Below are positions 17,010 to 27,358 of a DNA stretch of 45,492 nucleotides, in pieces. How positions within the stretch are numbered: position 1 is the stretch's first letter; every line of letters begins with the position of its first letter. A program made the translations under genes and the position numbers. Source of the stretch: a bacterium (GTDB taxonomy: Bacteria > Margulisbacteria > WOR-1 > O2-12-FULL-45-9 > XYB2-FULL-48-7); contig JBDRLW010000001.1 of the NCBI GenBank assembly GCA_043812655.1, forward strand, positions 1 to 45,492, written 5' to 3'. The notes below the pieces were generated by a model, which ran no database searches, had not been told where the DNA came from, and saw nothing but the letters and a program-made list of their open reading frames with translations.

Positions 17010-18791
17010 ATGCCAGGCAATATCCGCAATTTTTCTATCATTGCCCACATCGATCACGGCAAGTCAACTTTAGCCGATCGCTTGCTGGAATACACCCACA
17101 CCATTGAAAAACGGGAGATGCGAAGCCAAGTTCTCGACTCAATGGACCTTGAACGGGAACGGGGCATTACCATTAAAGCCCAGGCGATCAGGATGAAATA
17201 TAAAGACCATATTCTCAACCTGATCGATACTCCCGGCCACGTTGATTTCTCTTATGAAGTTTCAAGATCGCTGGCCGCTTGTGAAGGCGCCCTCTTATTA
17301 ATTGACGCCACCCAGGGAATTGAAGCCCAAACCTTGGCCAATGCCAACCTAGCCAAACAAACTAATTTGGTTATTATTCCAGTCATTAATAAGATCGACC
17401 TGCCCGCCTCCGAACCGGAAATGATCAAAGCAGAGATCAAAAATGTTTTTGGGATCGAGCCAGACCAAGTGATCTTGGCCTCGGCCAAAGAAGGGACCGG
17501 CATTCCGGAAATATTAGACGCGATCATTGGCCGCATTCCGCCGCCGACAGGCGAAAGCGCTAAACCGCTTCAAGCCTTGATCTTTGATTCCCATTACGAT
17601 CCTTTCAGGGGAGTTATCGCATATATCAGAGTTTTTAATGGTTCCATTAAAGCCGGCATGAAGATCAGGATGATGGGCCTAGGCGAAGAATTTGAGGTCC
17701 AGGAAGTCGGGACCTTAAAACTGGGACTCATTCCTAAGGCTGAATTAACTTCCGGCGAAGTCGGCTACTTGATCGCCGGGATAAAAAATGTTAAAGAATG
17801 CCATGTCGGCGACACTGTGACCGACGCTAAAAATCCGGCCGTTGCCGCCCTTCCCGGTTATAAGCCGATCAAACCAATGGTCTTTTGCGGTTTTTATCCG
17901 TTGGCCGGAGAAGATTTTGAGAATTTAAAAGACGCAATCGGTAAGCTCCAGCTCAATGACGCCGCTCTTTATTATGAAACCGAAACTTCAGCCGCTTTAG
18001 GCTACGGTTTGCGCTGCGGCTTTTTGGGCTTGCTTCATCTGGAAATCGTGCAAGAGCGGCTGGAGCGGGAATTTGGCTTAAAGATAATCGCGACCGCGCC
18101 AAACGTAGTTTACAAGGTTAATTTTAAGGATAAGACAACCAAGCAGATCGATAACCCATCGTTTATGCCTCCAGCTGGTGACATTGAATCGGTCGAAGAA
18201 CCATATTTAAAATTAACTCTCTTTACTCCGGCCGAATATGTTGGCCCGGCAATGGACCTGGCGATCGAAAAGCGCGGCACTTTTGTTCACCTTGAATATC
18301 TGGACCCAAAAAGAGTAATGATGATCTTTGAAATTCCGCTAGCCGAGATCATTTCCGAATTTCACGATTTATTAAAATCAGTTACGCGCGGCTACGCTTC
18401 AATGGATTATGAAGTGATCGGCTATCGCGTCTCCGACCTGGTAAAAATGGATATCCTTCTAAACCAAGAACCAGTTGACGCTTTGTCGATCATCGTCCCG
18501 CGAGACCAGGCTCATTATCGGGGTAAAAAATTAGTGGAGAAATTAAAAGAATCCATCCCGCGCCAGCAGTTCCAGATCCCGGTCCAAGCCTCGATCGGCG
18601 CCAAAGTCGTCGCCCGGGAAAACATCGCGGCGCTTAGGAAAGATGTTTTGCAAAAATGTTATGGCGGCGACATCACCCGCAAACGCAAACTCCTTGAAAA
18701 ACAAAAAGAAGGAAAAAAGCGGATGAAGCGGATCGGCCGCGTCGATGTCCCCCAGGAAGCCTTTTTAGCTGTTTTGCGAATTGGAAAATGA
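17010..18791 (+). CDS. lepA: Elongation factor 4
   Basis: [20 protein letters not shown] and [18 protein letters not shown]. Confidence 0.99.
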   Translation: MPGNIRNFSIIAHIDHGKSTLADRLLEYTHTIEKREMRSQVLDSMDLERERGITIKAQAIRMKYKDHILNLIDTPGHVDFSYEVSRSLAACEGALLLIDATQGIEAQTLANANLAKQTNLVIIPVINKIDLPASEPEMIKAEIKNVFGIEPDQVILASAKEGTGIPEILDAIIGRIPPPTGESAKPLQALIFDSHYDPFRGVIAYIRVFNGSIKAGMKIRMMGLGEEFEVQEVGTLKLGLIPKAELTSGEVGYLIAGIKNVKECHVGDTVTDAKNPAVAALPGYKPIKPMVFCGFYPLAGEDFENLKDAIGKLQLNDAALYYETETSAALGYGLRCGFLGLLHLEIVQERLEREFGLKIIATAPNVVYKVNFKDKTTKQIDNPSFMPPAGDIESVEEPYLKLTLFTPAEYVGPAMDLAIEKRGTFVHLEYLDPKRVMMIFEIPLAEIISEFHDLLKSVTRGYASMDYEVIGYRVSDLVKMDILLNQEPVDALSIIVPRDQAHYRGKKLVEKLKESIPRQQFQIPVQASIGAKVVARENIAALRKDVLQKCYGGDITRKRKLLEKQKEGKKRMKRIGRVDVPQEAFLAVLRIGK

Positions 18792-19948
18792 CCGCACTCT
18801 ATATTCATATCCCCTTTTGTAAAAAGAAATGTAATTATTGCGACTTTGTTTCTTATGCAGGAAAAGAAGGATTAATCGATGCGTATATTGAAGCGCTTTG
18901 CAAAGAAATAACAACCTCACCCCTTTCTTCCGACTTCGTCGGAATTCATTCCCCTCTCCACAAAGTGGAGAGGGGTGGCACGAACGAAGTGAGTGACGGG
19001 GTGAGGACTATCTACTTCGGCGGCGGAACACCAACACTCCTTGAGCCAAAACATTTCGAAAAGATACTATCCTCTATCCCCTATCCCCTACCCCCTGAAA
19101 TTTCCCTCGAATCTAATCCCGGAACCGCCAATAAAGAAAAACTTAAGGCCTTCCACGATCTTGGCATTAACCGACTCTCGATCGGCGTCCAATCATTCAA
19201 CGATCAACATTTAAAAACTCTCGGCCGGATCCATGATTCAAAAATCGCTCTTCAGTTCTACCATGATGCGCGTAAAGCTGGCTTTACTAATATCAATCTC
19301 GATCTGATGTTCGCCCTCCCTGACCAAACACTCGAAGAATGGCAGGCCGACCTGCAAACGGCCATCGATCTTAAACCCGAACATCTTTCAACTTATAATC
19401 TACAAATTGAGGAAGGTACGCCACTTTTCCTACACCCTACCGTCTACGGCCTACCCCCTACACAAGAAACCGAACTCGCCATGTACCAACACACTATCGA
19501 AACACTAACCTCCGCCGGCTATCACCACTACGAAATATCTAACTTTGCCAAGCCCGGCTTCGAATGCCAGCACAATATTAATTATTGGAAAAACGGCAAT
19601 TATATTGGGATCGGCGCTGGCGCTCACTCGCATGTTAATGGAAGGCGATGGGCGAACACTAATTCCATTGAAGAGTATATCCGTTCGGCGTCAGGCGACA
19701 TGGGAAACGAAATGCGCAACGCGTTACGCCTCACACCTAACGATTCGCATCTCTCTACCGCCCAACGCGAAACGCTTTTCCTCGGCCTCCGCCTCCTCGA
19801 TGGCCTATCAATTGAACATTTCAAAGGCTTTGAAAAAGAAGTAGCTGAATTAATTAAAGATGGCTTACTAGAAAAACACAATAATGATTATCGGCTGACC
19901 AAACAAGGCCTTTATCTCGGTAATTTAGTTTTTGAGAAGTTCATCTAA
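18788..19948 (+). CDS. hemW: Radical SAM heme chaperone HemW (HemN-like) with repeat-derived insertions
   Basis: [31 protein letters not shown] and HNINYW; position between lepA and hrcA. Confidence 0.93.
   Translation: MTALYIHIPFCKKKCNYCDFVSYAGKEGLIDAYIEALCKEITTSPLSSDFVGIHSPLHKVERGGTNEVSDGVRTIYFGGGTPTLLEPKHFEKILSSIPYPLPPEISLESNPGTANKEKLKAFHDLGINRLSIGVQSFNDQHLKTLGRIHDSKIALQFYHDARKAGFTNINLDLMFALPDQTLEEWQADLQTAIDLKPEHLSTYNLQIEEGTPLFLHPTVYGLPPTQETELAMYQHTIETLTSAGYHHYEISNFAKPGFECQHNINYWKNGNYIGIGAGAHSHVNGRRWANTNSIEEYIRSASGDMGNEMRNALRLTPNDSHLSTAQRETLFLGLRLLDGLSIEHFKGFEKEVAELIKDGLLEKHNNDYRLTKQGLYLGNLVFEKFI
18915..19006. repeat. Composite palindromic REP-like element inside hemW
   Basis: CCTCACCCC...GGGGTGAGG outer inverted repeat enclosing TTCCGAC-TTC-GTCGGAA and CCCCTCTCCAC-AAA-GTGGAGAGGGG. 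Confidence 0.88.
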
Positions 19949-19983
19949 TTGGAAACCGCGACTTTTAGTCGCAGGTTTCCAAT
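19948..19983. other. Long hairpin between hemW and the hrcA promoter
   Basis: ATTGGAAACC GCGACT-TTT-AGTCGC A GGTTTCCAAT; no U-tract. Confidence 0.6.
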
Positions 19984-19987
19984 CCCC

Positions 19988-20043
19988 TTGACAGCCATCT
20001 TCCGAACTTGTTATAATTAGCACTCAAGTAAAGAGAGTGCTAA
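19988..20043 (+). promoter_or_regulatory. Sigma-70 promoter plus CIRCE operator
   Basis: TTGACA-N18-TATAAT, then TTAGCACTC-N9-GAGTGCTAA at 20017-20043. Confidence 0.97.
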
Positions 20044-20801
20044 TGACAACTAATATTAAAATAACATTAGATGAACGGAAAAAGAGGATCCTGGAAGCAA
20101 TCGTCCGGGATTATCTCCACACAGCCGAAGCGGTCGGCTCGCGAACGATCTGGCGCAGTTACATGCCAGACCTCTCGCCCGCTACTATCCGCAACGAAAT
20201 GGCCGACCTTGAAGATCTAGGCTTAATTGTCCAGCCCCACACTTCGGCTGGCCGGGTCCCAACCGACCTTGGCTACCGTTATTATATTAATAATATAATG
20301 AAAGCCCGGCAATTAACGACCAAAGAAGACGAGATCATTGGCGAAGGGCTAAAAAAGATCCATAATGACGTAGAAGATGCCCTCCACCAAACCTTGAAAG
20401 TTTTATCTAATCTACTAGAGTATGCGTCAGTCGTTGCTACATTAAATAACAAAACCAGAGTTTACACTGCCGGCATTTCTCATATGTTAAAACAGCCGGA
20501 ATTTAGCGATCTTAATTTTACCCGCCATATCTTGGAAACCATTGAAGAAGAAGACTTAATGGCCGATATGATTAAAGAATATACCACAGAAAAAGGAGTA
20601 ACAATTAGAATTGGCTCTGAAAATACTTATAAGGAAGTTAAAGATTGCAGTGTGATCATGAGTTCTTATAGTATTACTAATTTAGCAGAAGGCGCTTTGG
20701 GCGTTATCGGCCCAACCAGGATGAGCTATGCTAAAGCCGCCGGCATTTTAGAGACCCTCTCCCGCCGGCTGGAACAAGCGATGGAGATGGAAGATGACTG
20801 A
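20043..20801 (+). CDS. hrcA: Heat-inducible repressor HrcA (short form)
   Basis: SPATIRNEMADLEDLG, QPHTSAGRVPTDLGYR and GVIGPTRMSY. Confidence 0.95.
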   Translation: MTTNIKITLDERKKRILEAIVRDYLHTAEAVGSRTIWRSYMPDLSPATIRNEMADLEDLGLIVQPHTSAGRVPTDLGYRYYINNIMKARQLTTKEDEIIGEGLKKIHNDVEDALHQTLKVLSNLLEYASVVATLNNKTRVYTAGISHMLKQPEFSDLNFTRHILETIEEEDLMADMIKEYTTEKGVTIRIGSENTYKEVKDCSVIMSSYSITNLAEGALGVIGPTRMSYAKAAGILETLSRRLEQAMEMEDD

Positions 20802-21249
20802 AGAAAATAAAGCAGAAAACCTACCGAACGAATTAGAAGAGACTAAAAACCAGCTCCTCCGGGCGCTAGCTGACTTTGATAATTATAAAAAAAGAGCGGC
20901 GGCTGACCGTGAACAATTTGTACAATTTGCCAATGAGGCGTTGATCACTGAACTTCTGCCAATTATTGACGGCCTTGACCGGGCGATGGGACATGATGCC
21001 AGCGAAGAGATGACCAAGGGGATCGCCTTGATCAAAAAGCAATTCGAAGACATCTTAAAAAAGCATGGGGTAAATGAAATTGAGGCCTTGGGAAAACCTT
21101 ACGACCCCCACTTCCATGAAGCGGTTTTGCAAAAAGAAGCTCCCGGGCCCGTTGGTGTCGTGATCGAAGAGATGCAGAAAGGTTATATTCTAAACAGTCG
21201 GGTAATAAGGCCTTCAATGGTCATAGTTTCAAAAAAGGGAGGAGAATAA
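20794..21249 (+). CDS. grpE: Nucleotide exchange factor GrpE
   Basis: [21 protein letters not shown] and [15 protein letters not shown]. Confidence 0.97.
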   Translation: MTEENKAENLPNELEETKNQLLRALADFDNYKKRAAADREQFVQFANEALITELLPIIDGLDRAMGHDASEEMTKGIALIKKQFEDILKKHGVNEIEALGKPYDPHFHEAVLQKEAPGPVGVVIEEMQKGYILNSRVIRPSMVIVSKKGGE

Positions 21250-21250
21250 C

Positions 21251-23155
21251 ATGGCACAGGAAAAGATCATTGGGATCGATTTAGGTACGACAAATAGCTG
21301 CGTGGCAGTAATGATGGGAGGAGAACCGACGGTTGTTCCAAATTCTGAAGGAGGAAGGACCACTCCATCGATCGTCGCGTTCATGAAAGATGGATCGCAT
21401 GTTGTTGGCCAAGTTGCCAAAAGACAAGCGATCACCAACCCGGAACATACCATCTCTTCTATTAAGCGCTTTATGGGAAGACGGTTTGACGAGATCGGCG
21501 CAGAATTAAAATACGTCCCTTACAAAGTCGTTAAAGGGAGCAAAGACGAAGCTAAAGTAAAGACCGAAAATAAAGAATACAGCCCGCCAGAAATTTCGGC
21601 CATGACCCTGCAAAAGATGAAACAATCAGCGGAAGCTTTCCTGGGTGAAACCGTAAAAAAAGCGGTCATCACTGTCCCCGCCTATTTTAATGACAGCCAG
21701 CGCCAAGCGACCAAAGATGCCGGGACGATCGCGGGGCTTGAAGTTGTCCGGATCATCAACGAACCAACAGCAGCTTCATTAGCTTATGGCCTCGATAAAA
21801 AGAAGAACGAAAAAATCGCCGTCTATGATCTCGGCGGCGGAACTTTTGATATTTCCATCCTTGAAATTGGCGACGGAGTTTTTGAAGTTAAGTCAACTAA
21901 TGGCGACACCCACTTAGGTGGCGACGATTTTGACCAGCATATTATGAAGTGGCTCCTCGATGAGTTCAAAAAAGACCAAGGGGTTGATCTTGGCAAAGAC
22001 CGCATGGCGGTGCAACGGTTAAAAGAAGCGGCGGAAAAAGCCAAATGCGAGCTCTCGACCGCAACCGAAACAGAGATCAATCTCCCCTTTATTACCGCCG
22101 ACCAGTCTGGCCCAAAACATTTGGTCCTCAAACTGACCCGGGCGAAACTGGAACAATTAGTTGCAGACCTGATTGAACGTTCGATTATCCCCTGCCGGCA
22201 AGCTTTGGCTGACGCTGGTTTATCCGCTAATCAAATAGATGAAGTTATTTTAGTTGGCGGACAGACCAGGATGCCTAAAGTCCAGGAAGCCGTTAAAGGC
22301 TTCTTTGGTAAAGAACCGCATCGCGGAGTTAATCCCGACGAAGTTGTCGCGATCGGCGCAGCCATCCAAGGCGGTGTTTTAGCTGGAGAAGTCAAAGACT
22401 TGGTCTTGCTTGATGTTACGCCTCTTACTCTCGGGATCGAAACTTTAGGCAGTGTTATGACCCCGCTAATTGAAAAGAATATGACTATCCCAACTTCAAA
22501 GAGCCAAGTTTTTTCGACCGCTGCCGACGGGCAGACTTCAGTTGAGATCCACATTTTACAAGGCGAACGCCCCATGGCGGCCGATAACCGGACGCTGGGC
22601 CGCTTTCACTTGGATGGTATTCCCCCGGCACCCCGAGGCGTTCCTCAAGTTGAAGTTACTTTTGATATCGACGCCAACGGTATTTTAAATGTTAAGGCGA
22701 AAGATAAAGGGACCAATAAAGAACAAAAGATCACCATCACCGCTTCATCCGGCCTCTCTAAAGATGAGATCGAGAAAATGAAAAAAGAGGCCTCCGCTCA
22801 TGAAGCTGATGATAAGAAGCGGAAAGAAGAGGTTGAAGTCCGCAACCAGGCCGACGCTATGTGCTATACTTCAGAAAAAACCTTGAAGGATGCCGGCGAT
22901 AAAGTTGACGCCGCGACCAAAGAAAAAGTTGAAAAGGCGATCACCGAAACCAGAAAAGCGCTAGAGAGCAAGGAGACTGAAACGATCAAGAAAGCACTGG
23001 ATGAATTACAAAAAGAAGTTTATGAAATGTCATCTAAGATCTATAAAGAGGCGGCTCCCGCTCCCGATCAAACTCCTGGAGAAGAGCCCAAGGCCGAAGG
23101 AGAAAACCAGGGACCAACGGTCGATGCCGATTATGAAGTTAAAGAAGATAAATGA
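21251..23155 (+). CDS. dnaK: Chaperone DnaK
   Basis: [19 protein letters not shown] and DLGGGTFD. Confidence 0.99.
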   Translation: MAQEKIIGIDLGTTNSCVAVMMGGEPTVVPNSEGGRTTPSIVAFMKDGSHVVGQVAKRQAITNPEHTISSIKRFMGRRFDEIGAELKYVPYKVVKGSKDEAKVKTENKEYSPPEISAMTLQKMKQSAEAFLGETVKKAVITVPAYFNDSQRQATKDAGTIAGLEVVRIINEPTAASLAYGLDKKKNEKIAVYDLGGGTFDISILEIGDGVFEVKSTNGDTHLGGDDFDQHIMKWLLDEFKKDQGVDLGKDRMAVQRLKEAAEKAKCELSTATETEINLPFITADQSGPKHLVLKLTRAKLEQLVADLIERSIIPCRQALADAGLSANQIDEVILVGGQTRMPKVQEAVKGFFGKEPHRGVNPDEVVAIGAAIQGGVLAGEVKDLVLLDVTPLTLGIETLGSVMTPLIEKNMTIPTSKSQVFSTAADGQTSVEIHILQGERPMAADNRTLGRFHLDGIPPAPRGVPQVEVTFDIDANGILNVKAKDKGTNKEQKITITASSGLSKDEIEKMKKEASAHEADDKKRKEEVEVRNQADAMCYTSEKTLKDAGDKVDAATKEKVEKAITETRKALESKETETIKKALDELQKEVYEMSSKIYKEAAPAPDQTPGEEPKAEGENQGPTVDADYEVKEDK

Positions 23156-24222
23156 AGCGTGATCTCTATGAAGCGCTCGGGGTCCAAAAAAATGCCTCAC
23201 AAGATGAGATAAAGCGCGCTTATAGGAATCTAGCCCGCAAATATCATCCCGACGTCAATAAAGAAGCCGGCTCGGCTGACAAATTCAAAGAGATCAACGA
23301 AGCTTATCAAACCTTATCCGATCCCAATAAACGTTCACAATATGATTACTACGGCCAAACCGGCAGTAATGCCGGCGCTGGCCCAGGTGGGTTTGGCGGT
23401 TTTGATTTTAGCGGCCAACAGTATCAAGGCTTTGGTGAATTTGGCGACCTCTTTGATATGTTCTTTGGCGGCCAGCGGGGCGCGGAGCGCGGCGGAGCAC
23501 AGCGAGGTGAGGATCTCCGTTATGACTTTAGGATAACTTTGGAAGAAGCCGCGCACGGGACAGAAAAAGAATTTGAAGTCCTTCATTTCACCGCTTGTTC
23601 TACCTGCAAAGGTTCGGGCGCAAAACCTGGGACTTCCCCCATTCGTTGTTCTAAATGTAATGGAACCGGACAACTCAGGAAAAACCAACGGACAATTTTA
23701 GGCAATTTTACCCAGGTTGTTCCTTGCGATGACTGCCGCGGCACTGGAAAAAAGATCTCAGCCCCCTGTCCCACCTGCCATGGAAATGGACGGGAAAAAC
23801 AGAAACATAAGGTCAAAGTTAAGATCCCGGCCGGGATAGATTCTGGTTATCGTTTACGGGTGGCTGGAGCTGGTAACGCCGGGACTCACGGCGGCCAACC
23901 TGGTGATGTTTACGTCTTTATTTCGGTCGACCAACACCCGCTCTTTAACCGCGACGGGGCAAATTTATATTATCGTCAAGAGATCTCTTTTCTGCAGGCT
24001 ATTTTAGGCGATGAAATAAAGATCCCAACCCTTGATGGAGAAGCTACTTTTAAAATTCCGGCCGGAACACAGCCAAACACTAATTTCCGTTTAAAAAACA
24101 AAGGTCTGCCCCACTTAGGCCGGCGTGAAAAAGGGGATCTATACGTTTTAGTTGAGATAAAAATACCCGCCAATATTACCAAGGGACAACATGAACTCCT
24201 CAAGAAATTCAAGGCCGCCTAG
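23152..24222 (+). CDS. dnaJ: Chaperone DnaJ
   Basis: J domain with HPD, G/F-rich region and four CxxCxGxG repeats. Confidence 0.98.
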   Translation: MKRDLYEALGVQKNASQDEIKRAYRNLARKYHPDVNKEAGSADKFKEINEAYQTLSDPNKRSQYDYYGQTGSNAGAGPGGFGGFDFSGQQYQGFGEFGDLFDMFFGGQRGAERGGAQRGEDLRYDFRITLEEAAHGTEKEFEVLHFTACSTCKGSGAKPGTSPIRCSKCNGTGQLRKNQRTILGNFTQVVPCDDCRGTGKKISAPCPTCHGNGREKQKHKVKVKIPAGIDSGYRLRVAGAGNAGTHGGQPGDVYVFISVDQHPLFNRDGANLYYRQEISFLQAILGDEIKIPTLDGEATFKIPAGTQPNTNFRLKNKGLPHLGRREKGDLYVLVEIKIPANITKGQHELLKKFKAA

Positions 24223-25006
24223 GCTCTTTATTCCATCCGACCAATTACCCGATATTGCAGGAAACGAAGCCCACTACTTACGTAATGTCTTAAGGGTTAA
24301 GCTTGGCGACCAGCTCGAACTCTTTGACGGGACTGGAATAGTTTACCAGGCAGAAATTAAAACCATTACCAAGGGATCCATCAATTGTGAGATAAAGACA
24401 AAACAAAGATCACCTAATGAACCAAAAATACAAATCACTTTGGCTCAAGCTCTGCCAAAGTCAAGTAAGATGGACCTGGTAGTTGAAAAAGCGGTTGAAC
24501 TTGGTGTCGATAAGATTATGCCTGTCTTAACAGAAAGGACGATCTCAACAAGAGATAAACTGATTAGATGGCAAAAGATCGCTAAAGAAGCGGCCGAACA
24601 ATCTGGCCGCGCGATCGTACCAGCAGTAACATCTTTAATAAAATTTGACGATCTGCTAAAACTCCGCGACCAATACGACTTAGCCCTTGTCGCTTGGGAG
24701 GAGGAAAAGACTAACAAGCTAAAATCCCTACTAACAGACTCACCGACTAATGGCTCGACAGGCCCTTCGACAAGCTCAGGGCAGCATCGAGCGGAGTCGA
24801 GATGCTCGCCATCCCAGCCATCCCGAGCACTGTCGAGAGACAAACTTCTCCTCCTCATCGGCCCCGAAGGCGGTTTTTCTGCTGGGGAGGTTGAAAAAGC
24901 TAAAACCGCTGGCTTTATTTCTATTAGTTTGGGGAAAAGGATCTTAAGGACTGAAACTGCCGGCTTGGCTGCGTTATCCGCTATTTTATACGAACTAGAC
25001 TGGTAA
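24191..25006 (+). CDS. rsmE: 16S rRNA m3U1498 methyltransferase RsmE with an in-frame repeat insertion
   Basis: HYLRNVLR, EKAVELGV, EAAEQSGR, IGPEGGFS and LGKRILRTETA. Confidence 0.96.
   Translation: MNSSRNSRPPRLFIPSDQLPDIAGNEAHYLRNVLRVKLGDQLELFDGTGIVYQAEIKTITKGSINCEIKTKQRSPNEPKIQITLAQALPKSSKMDLVVEKAVELGVDKIMPVLTERTISTRDKLIRWQKIAKEAAEQSGRAIVPAVTSLIKFDDLLKLRDQYDLALVAWEEEKTNKLKSLLTDSPTNGSTGPSTSSGQHRAESRCSPSQPSRALSRDKLLLLIGPEGGFSAGEVEKAKTAGFISISLGKRILRTETAGLAALSAILYELDW
24749..24840. repeat. Nested palindromic repeat (CTTCGAC-A-AGCTCAG family) inside rsmE
   Basis: Shares AATGGCTCGACA...CTTCGACRAGCTCAG...GCTCGCCATYCCAGCCATYCCGAGCACTGYCGAG with 42692-42764. Confidence 0.88.
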
Positions 25007-25022
25007 CCTACATAAAAAGAAC

Positions 25023-25074
25023 GGGGACCAACCCGTTTAAAGAATCCAAGTTATCTTTAAAGGATAAGGTCCCC
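25023..25074 (-). terminator. Hairpin between the convergent rsmE and 25081-25863 genes
   Basis: CGGGGACC...GGTCCCCG outer stem with an inner TTTAAAGA/TCTTTAAA stem; T-rich tail on the - strand. Confidence 0.55.
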
Positions 25075-25080
25075 GAACTT

Positions 25081-25863
25081 TTATAATACGAACGGTTGGC
25101 AAACAGTGATCGAAAGGCCCTTATCCGTTTTGGTATCAGACCTGACAACACTATAGCCAATTGAAGCCGCCGTTTTTCCAAGGCCTAAACCAAGGTCAAA
25201 CATCACGCCGACTGAAACGTCGCCGCCGATTTTTCCGGCTTTCTGTCCATTGCCATAGACGACATAGTTAAGTCCGCCATCAACAAACAGTGGAGCACCC
25301 ATCAAATCCCCTGGGAGCATGATCACGCCGCCAATGTAAAGAGGAACCGCTTTGATCCCTCCTCCACCTTGGACATAACCTAAACCCAGTTTGTACTGCA
25401 CCGCGTTGGCTGAAAGACCAACCATGGTTCCAAGCGCTAATGGATCATCCAACACTAAATCGCCCTTGAGGCCTAAACCTCCCCCTAACTGGCCGCTTCC
25501 GGTGTTAATATACATACCGGCAACGTCACAGTTGAGGCCCAAACCAAACAAACCGGCTTCAGGCGCTGCCGCTTTCGGCATTGGCCTAGGAGCTGGTGGT
25601 GGTGGTGGGACAGGAGCAACTGGTGCTGCTTCCATCTGTGCTTTCAATTTTTCCCAGCGAGCCAAAGTCCCCTGCTTTTGAGATTGCAGCAGTTTCATTT
25701 TGGCTGTATTGCCCGTTTTCCGATACTTGATGATTTTCGCATCAATTACCTTTAGGTAGGCTCTTACCGCCGCCTTTTCCTCTTCCAAGGTCCGGGCAAC
25801 AGCTACGCTGGCGATTGAAGCAACAAACGCTACGACAAAAAGATATATAATAGCTTTTTTCAT
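25081..25863 (-). CDS. Putative outer-membrane protein (helical N-domain, Pro linker, beta-barrel-like C-domain)
   Basis: Signal peptide, PVPPPPPAP linker and Gly/aromatic alternating strands; AGGAGGTG RBS. Confidence 0.6.
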   Translation of the reverse strand: MKKAIIYLFVVAFVASIASVAVARTLEEEKAAVRAYLKVIDAKIIKYRKTGNTAKMKLLQSQKQGTLARWEKLKAQMEAAPVAPVPPPPPAPRPMPKAAAPEAGLFGLGLNCDVAGMYINTGSGQLGGGLGLKGDLVLDDPLALGTMVGLSANAVQYKLGLGYVQGGGGIKAVPLYIGGVIMLPGDLMGAPLFVDGGLNYVVYGNGQKAGKIGGDVSVGVMFDLGLGLGKTAASIGYSVVRSDTKTDKGLSITVCQPFVL

Positions 25864-25941
25864 TTATTTCACCTCCTTTTCGCTTTCGATAATAGAATTG
25901 TTATCTACATGAATTAGATACAATCCACACTTACTAGTGAG

Positions 25942-25970
25942 ATTTTATACTCTCTTGTTTTACTTGTCAA
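25942..25970 (-). promoter_or_regulatory. Sigma-70 promoter for the 25081-25863 gene
   Basis: TTGACA-N17-TAAAAT. Confidence 0.7.
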
Positions 25971-25977
25971 GCAATTT

Positions 25978-26904
25978 TTACCGGCCAAACAACTGGCGAT
26001 ATCCGACCATAACTGTCGCCCCTTTGAGGCCGGGACTAGAACTGGCCTGAACACTGCTATAACCGATCTCGCCAAAAACGACCCCCCCAAACCCATTGCT
26101 TTCAACCCCATAAAACAATTCTCCTCCCACCGCCCCCTGTTTCCTGCCTGAAGTTAACACCAAGTAATTTAAACCCACTCCCAGGTAATTATCGACCCCG
26201 GTAAAAACCCCAGGAGGGAAATTAAAAATAAGATCGATCCCAACAGGAACATACCTAGCCTGTGTTTCCCCATTTTGCGCTAATCCGGTCATCAACCGGA
26301 CCGATGTTGTCGCCGGTCCGTAAATAAAACGGAGCGGCGCTCGGACTTCCCCAAGCAATACAGTGGCCCCAGCAAAAAAACCTGTCGATAAACCAATTTC
26401 ATAATATGATCCTTGCCTGGCCTTCTTTAACCCTTTGTCAGCTTCCAGCGAAACGACGCCTTCTTCGGTCACTAGATCAAAGCTTGGCTCCACTTCTGGT
26501 GTAACAGGGACCCAGCGCTCTTCCGCTATTGGTTTTGGTTTGAGCTTGGCAATTTCCGCGTTGGTCAAGTCTATCTTATCTAAAATATTTATCCTGATAG
26601 TTCTTGATTTTGTGGTTTTGAGGCGTTGTTTAAGCTCCGCAACTTGCTTTTTCAATTTATTGATCAGCTTTGTATTATCCTGAGGGATCAAACCTTTAAG
26701 CTTGGCAATTTCCTCATTGGTCAAGTCTATCTTATCTAAAATATTTATCCTGATAGTTTTTGATTTTGTGGTTTTGAGGCGCTGTTTAAGCTCCACAACT
26801 TGCTTTGTCAGCTCATTGATCCGCTTTGTATTATCCTGCGCCGCTAACCCTTGGCCGCAGAATAAAACCGCTACCATGAAAATACTTAAAAATAGTTTTG
26901 GCAT
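25978..26904 (-). CDS. Putative outer-membrane protein, paralog of 25081-25863, with a duplicated coiled-coil
   Basis: Signal peptide from MPKLFLSIF. C-domain (VPV..., GVGLNYLV, GAVGGE, IGYS) parallels the neighbour (VPL..., GGLNYVV, GKIGGD, IGYS). Confidence 0.6.
   Translation of the reverse strand: MPKLFLSIFMVAVLFCGQGLAAQDNTKRINELTKQVVELKQRLKTTKSKTIRINILDKIDLTNEEIAKLKGLIPQDNTKLINKLKKQVAELKQRLKTTKSRTIRINILDKIDLTNAEIAKLKPKPIAEERWVPVTPEVEPSFDLVTEEGVVSLEADKGLKKARQGSYYEIGLSTGFFAGATVLLGEVRAPLRFIYGPATTSVRLMTGLAQNGETQARYVPVGIDLIFNFPPGVFTGVDNYLGVGLNYLVLTSGRKQGAVGGELFYGVESNGFGGVVFGEIGYSSVQASSSPGLKGATVMVGYRQLFGR
26543..26838. repeat. Intragenic tandem duplication with a 156-nt (52 aa) period
   Basis: 26543-26682 and 26699-26838 are near-identical. 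Confidence 0.92.
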
Positions 26905-27035
26905 AAATTTAAAATCCCGGCACCATCCCTGCCTGGTTTGGGTCTTTTCTCCTAACTGGTAATTATAAACCATTAAACACTCACCTGCACCTACTAAATA
27001 ATTAACTTGTTCAAATCTGCCCCCAAAAAAAACCA

Positions 27036-27356
27036 TTACCGTTTTTTCTCTTTTTCTTCTTCTTTGATCTTTGCCACCATTTTTTCCCGCTTCTCTGCCA
27101 TCCGATCGAGCTTATAAACAAAAAAGAGGACTTCAGCCACCAAGGTATATAACTCGGGCGGGATTTCCGAATCAAGCTCAAGTTTGGTTAAAAGTTTAGC
27201 TAGTTCCGGGTCTTCATATAAAGGGATTTTATTCTCTTCCGCGATCCGCAATATTTCATCAGCCACCGGCCCTCTCCCCGTCGCCAGGATCAAAGGAGCT
27301 TTATCTTTATCAACGTCGTACCGGAGCGCGACCGCCGCTTTTTTTGGTTCTGCCAT
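27036..27356 (-). CDS. Stand-alone FlhB C-terminal-like protein (EscU/YscU/YlqH family)
   Basis: AVALRYD...APLILATGRG...ADEILRIAEENKIP...EIPPELYTLVAEVL. Confidence 0.9.
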   Translation of the reverse strand: MAEPKKAAVALRYDVDKDKAPLILATGRGPVADEILRIAEENKIPLYEDPELAKLLTKLELDSEIPPELYTLVAEVLFFVYKLDRMAEKREKMVAKIKEEEKEKKR

Positions 27357-27358
27357 AT

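Noticed and set aside
19948..19983. Hairpin resembling an IS200/IS605-type end
   Set aside because: Single copy, no transposase or second end nearby; kept only as an unassigned hairpin.
26543..26838. Direct repeats as a possible CRISPR array
   Set aside because: Two long in-frame coding copies with no repeat-spacer structure and no cas genes; no CRISPR array was seen anywhere in the window.
26905..27036. 44-aa N-terminal extension of the 25978 ORF
   Set aside because: The signal peptide begins at MPKLFLSIF (26904); the upstream part is probably non-coding.
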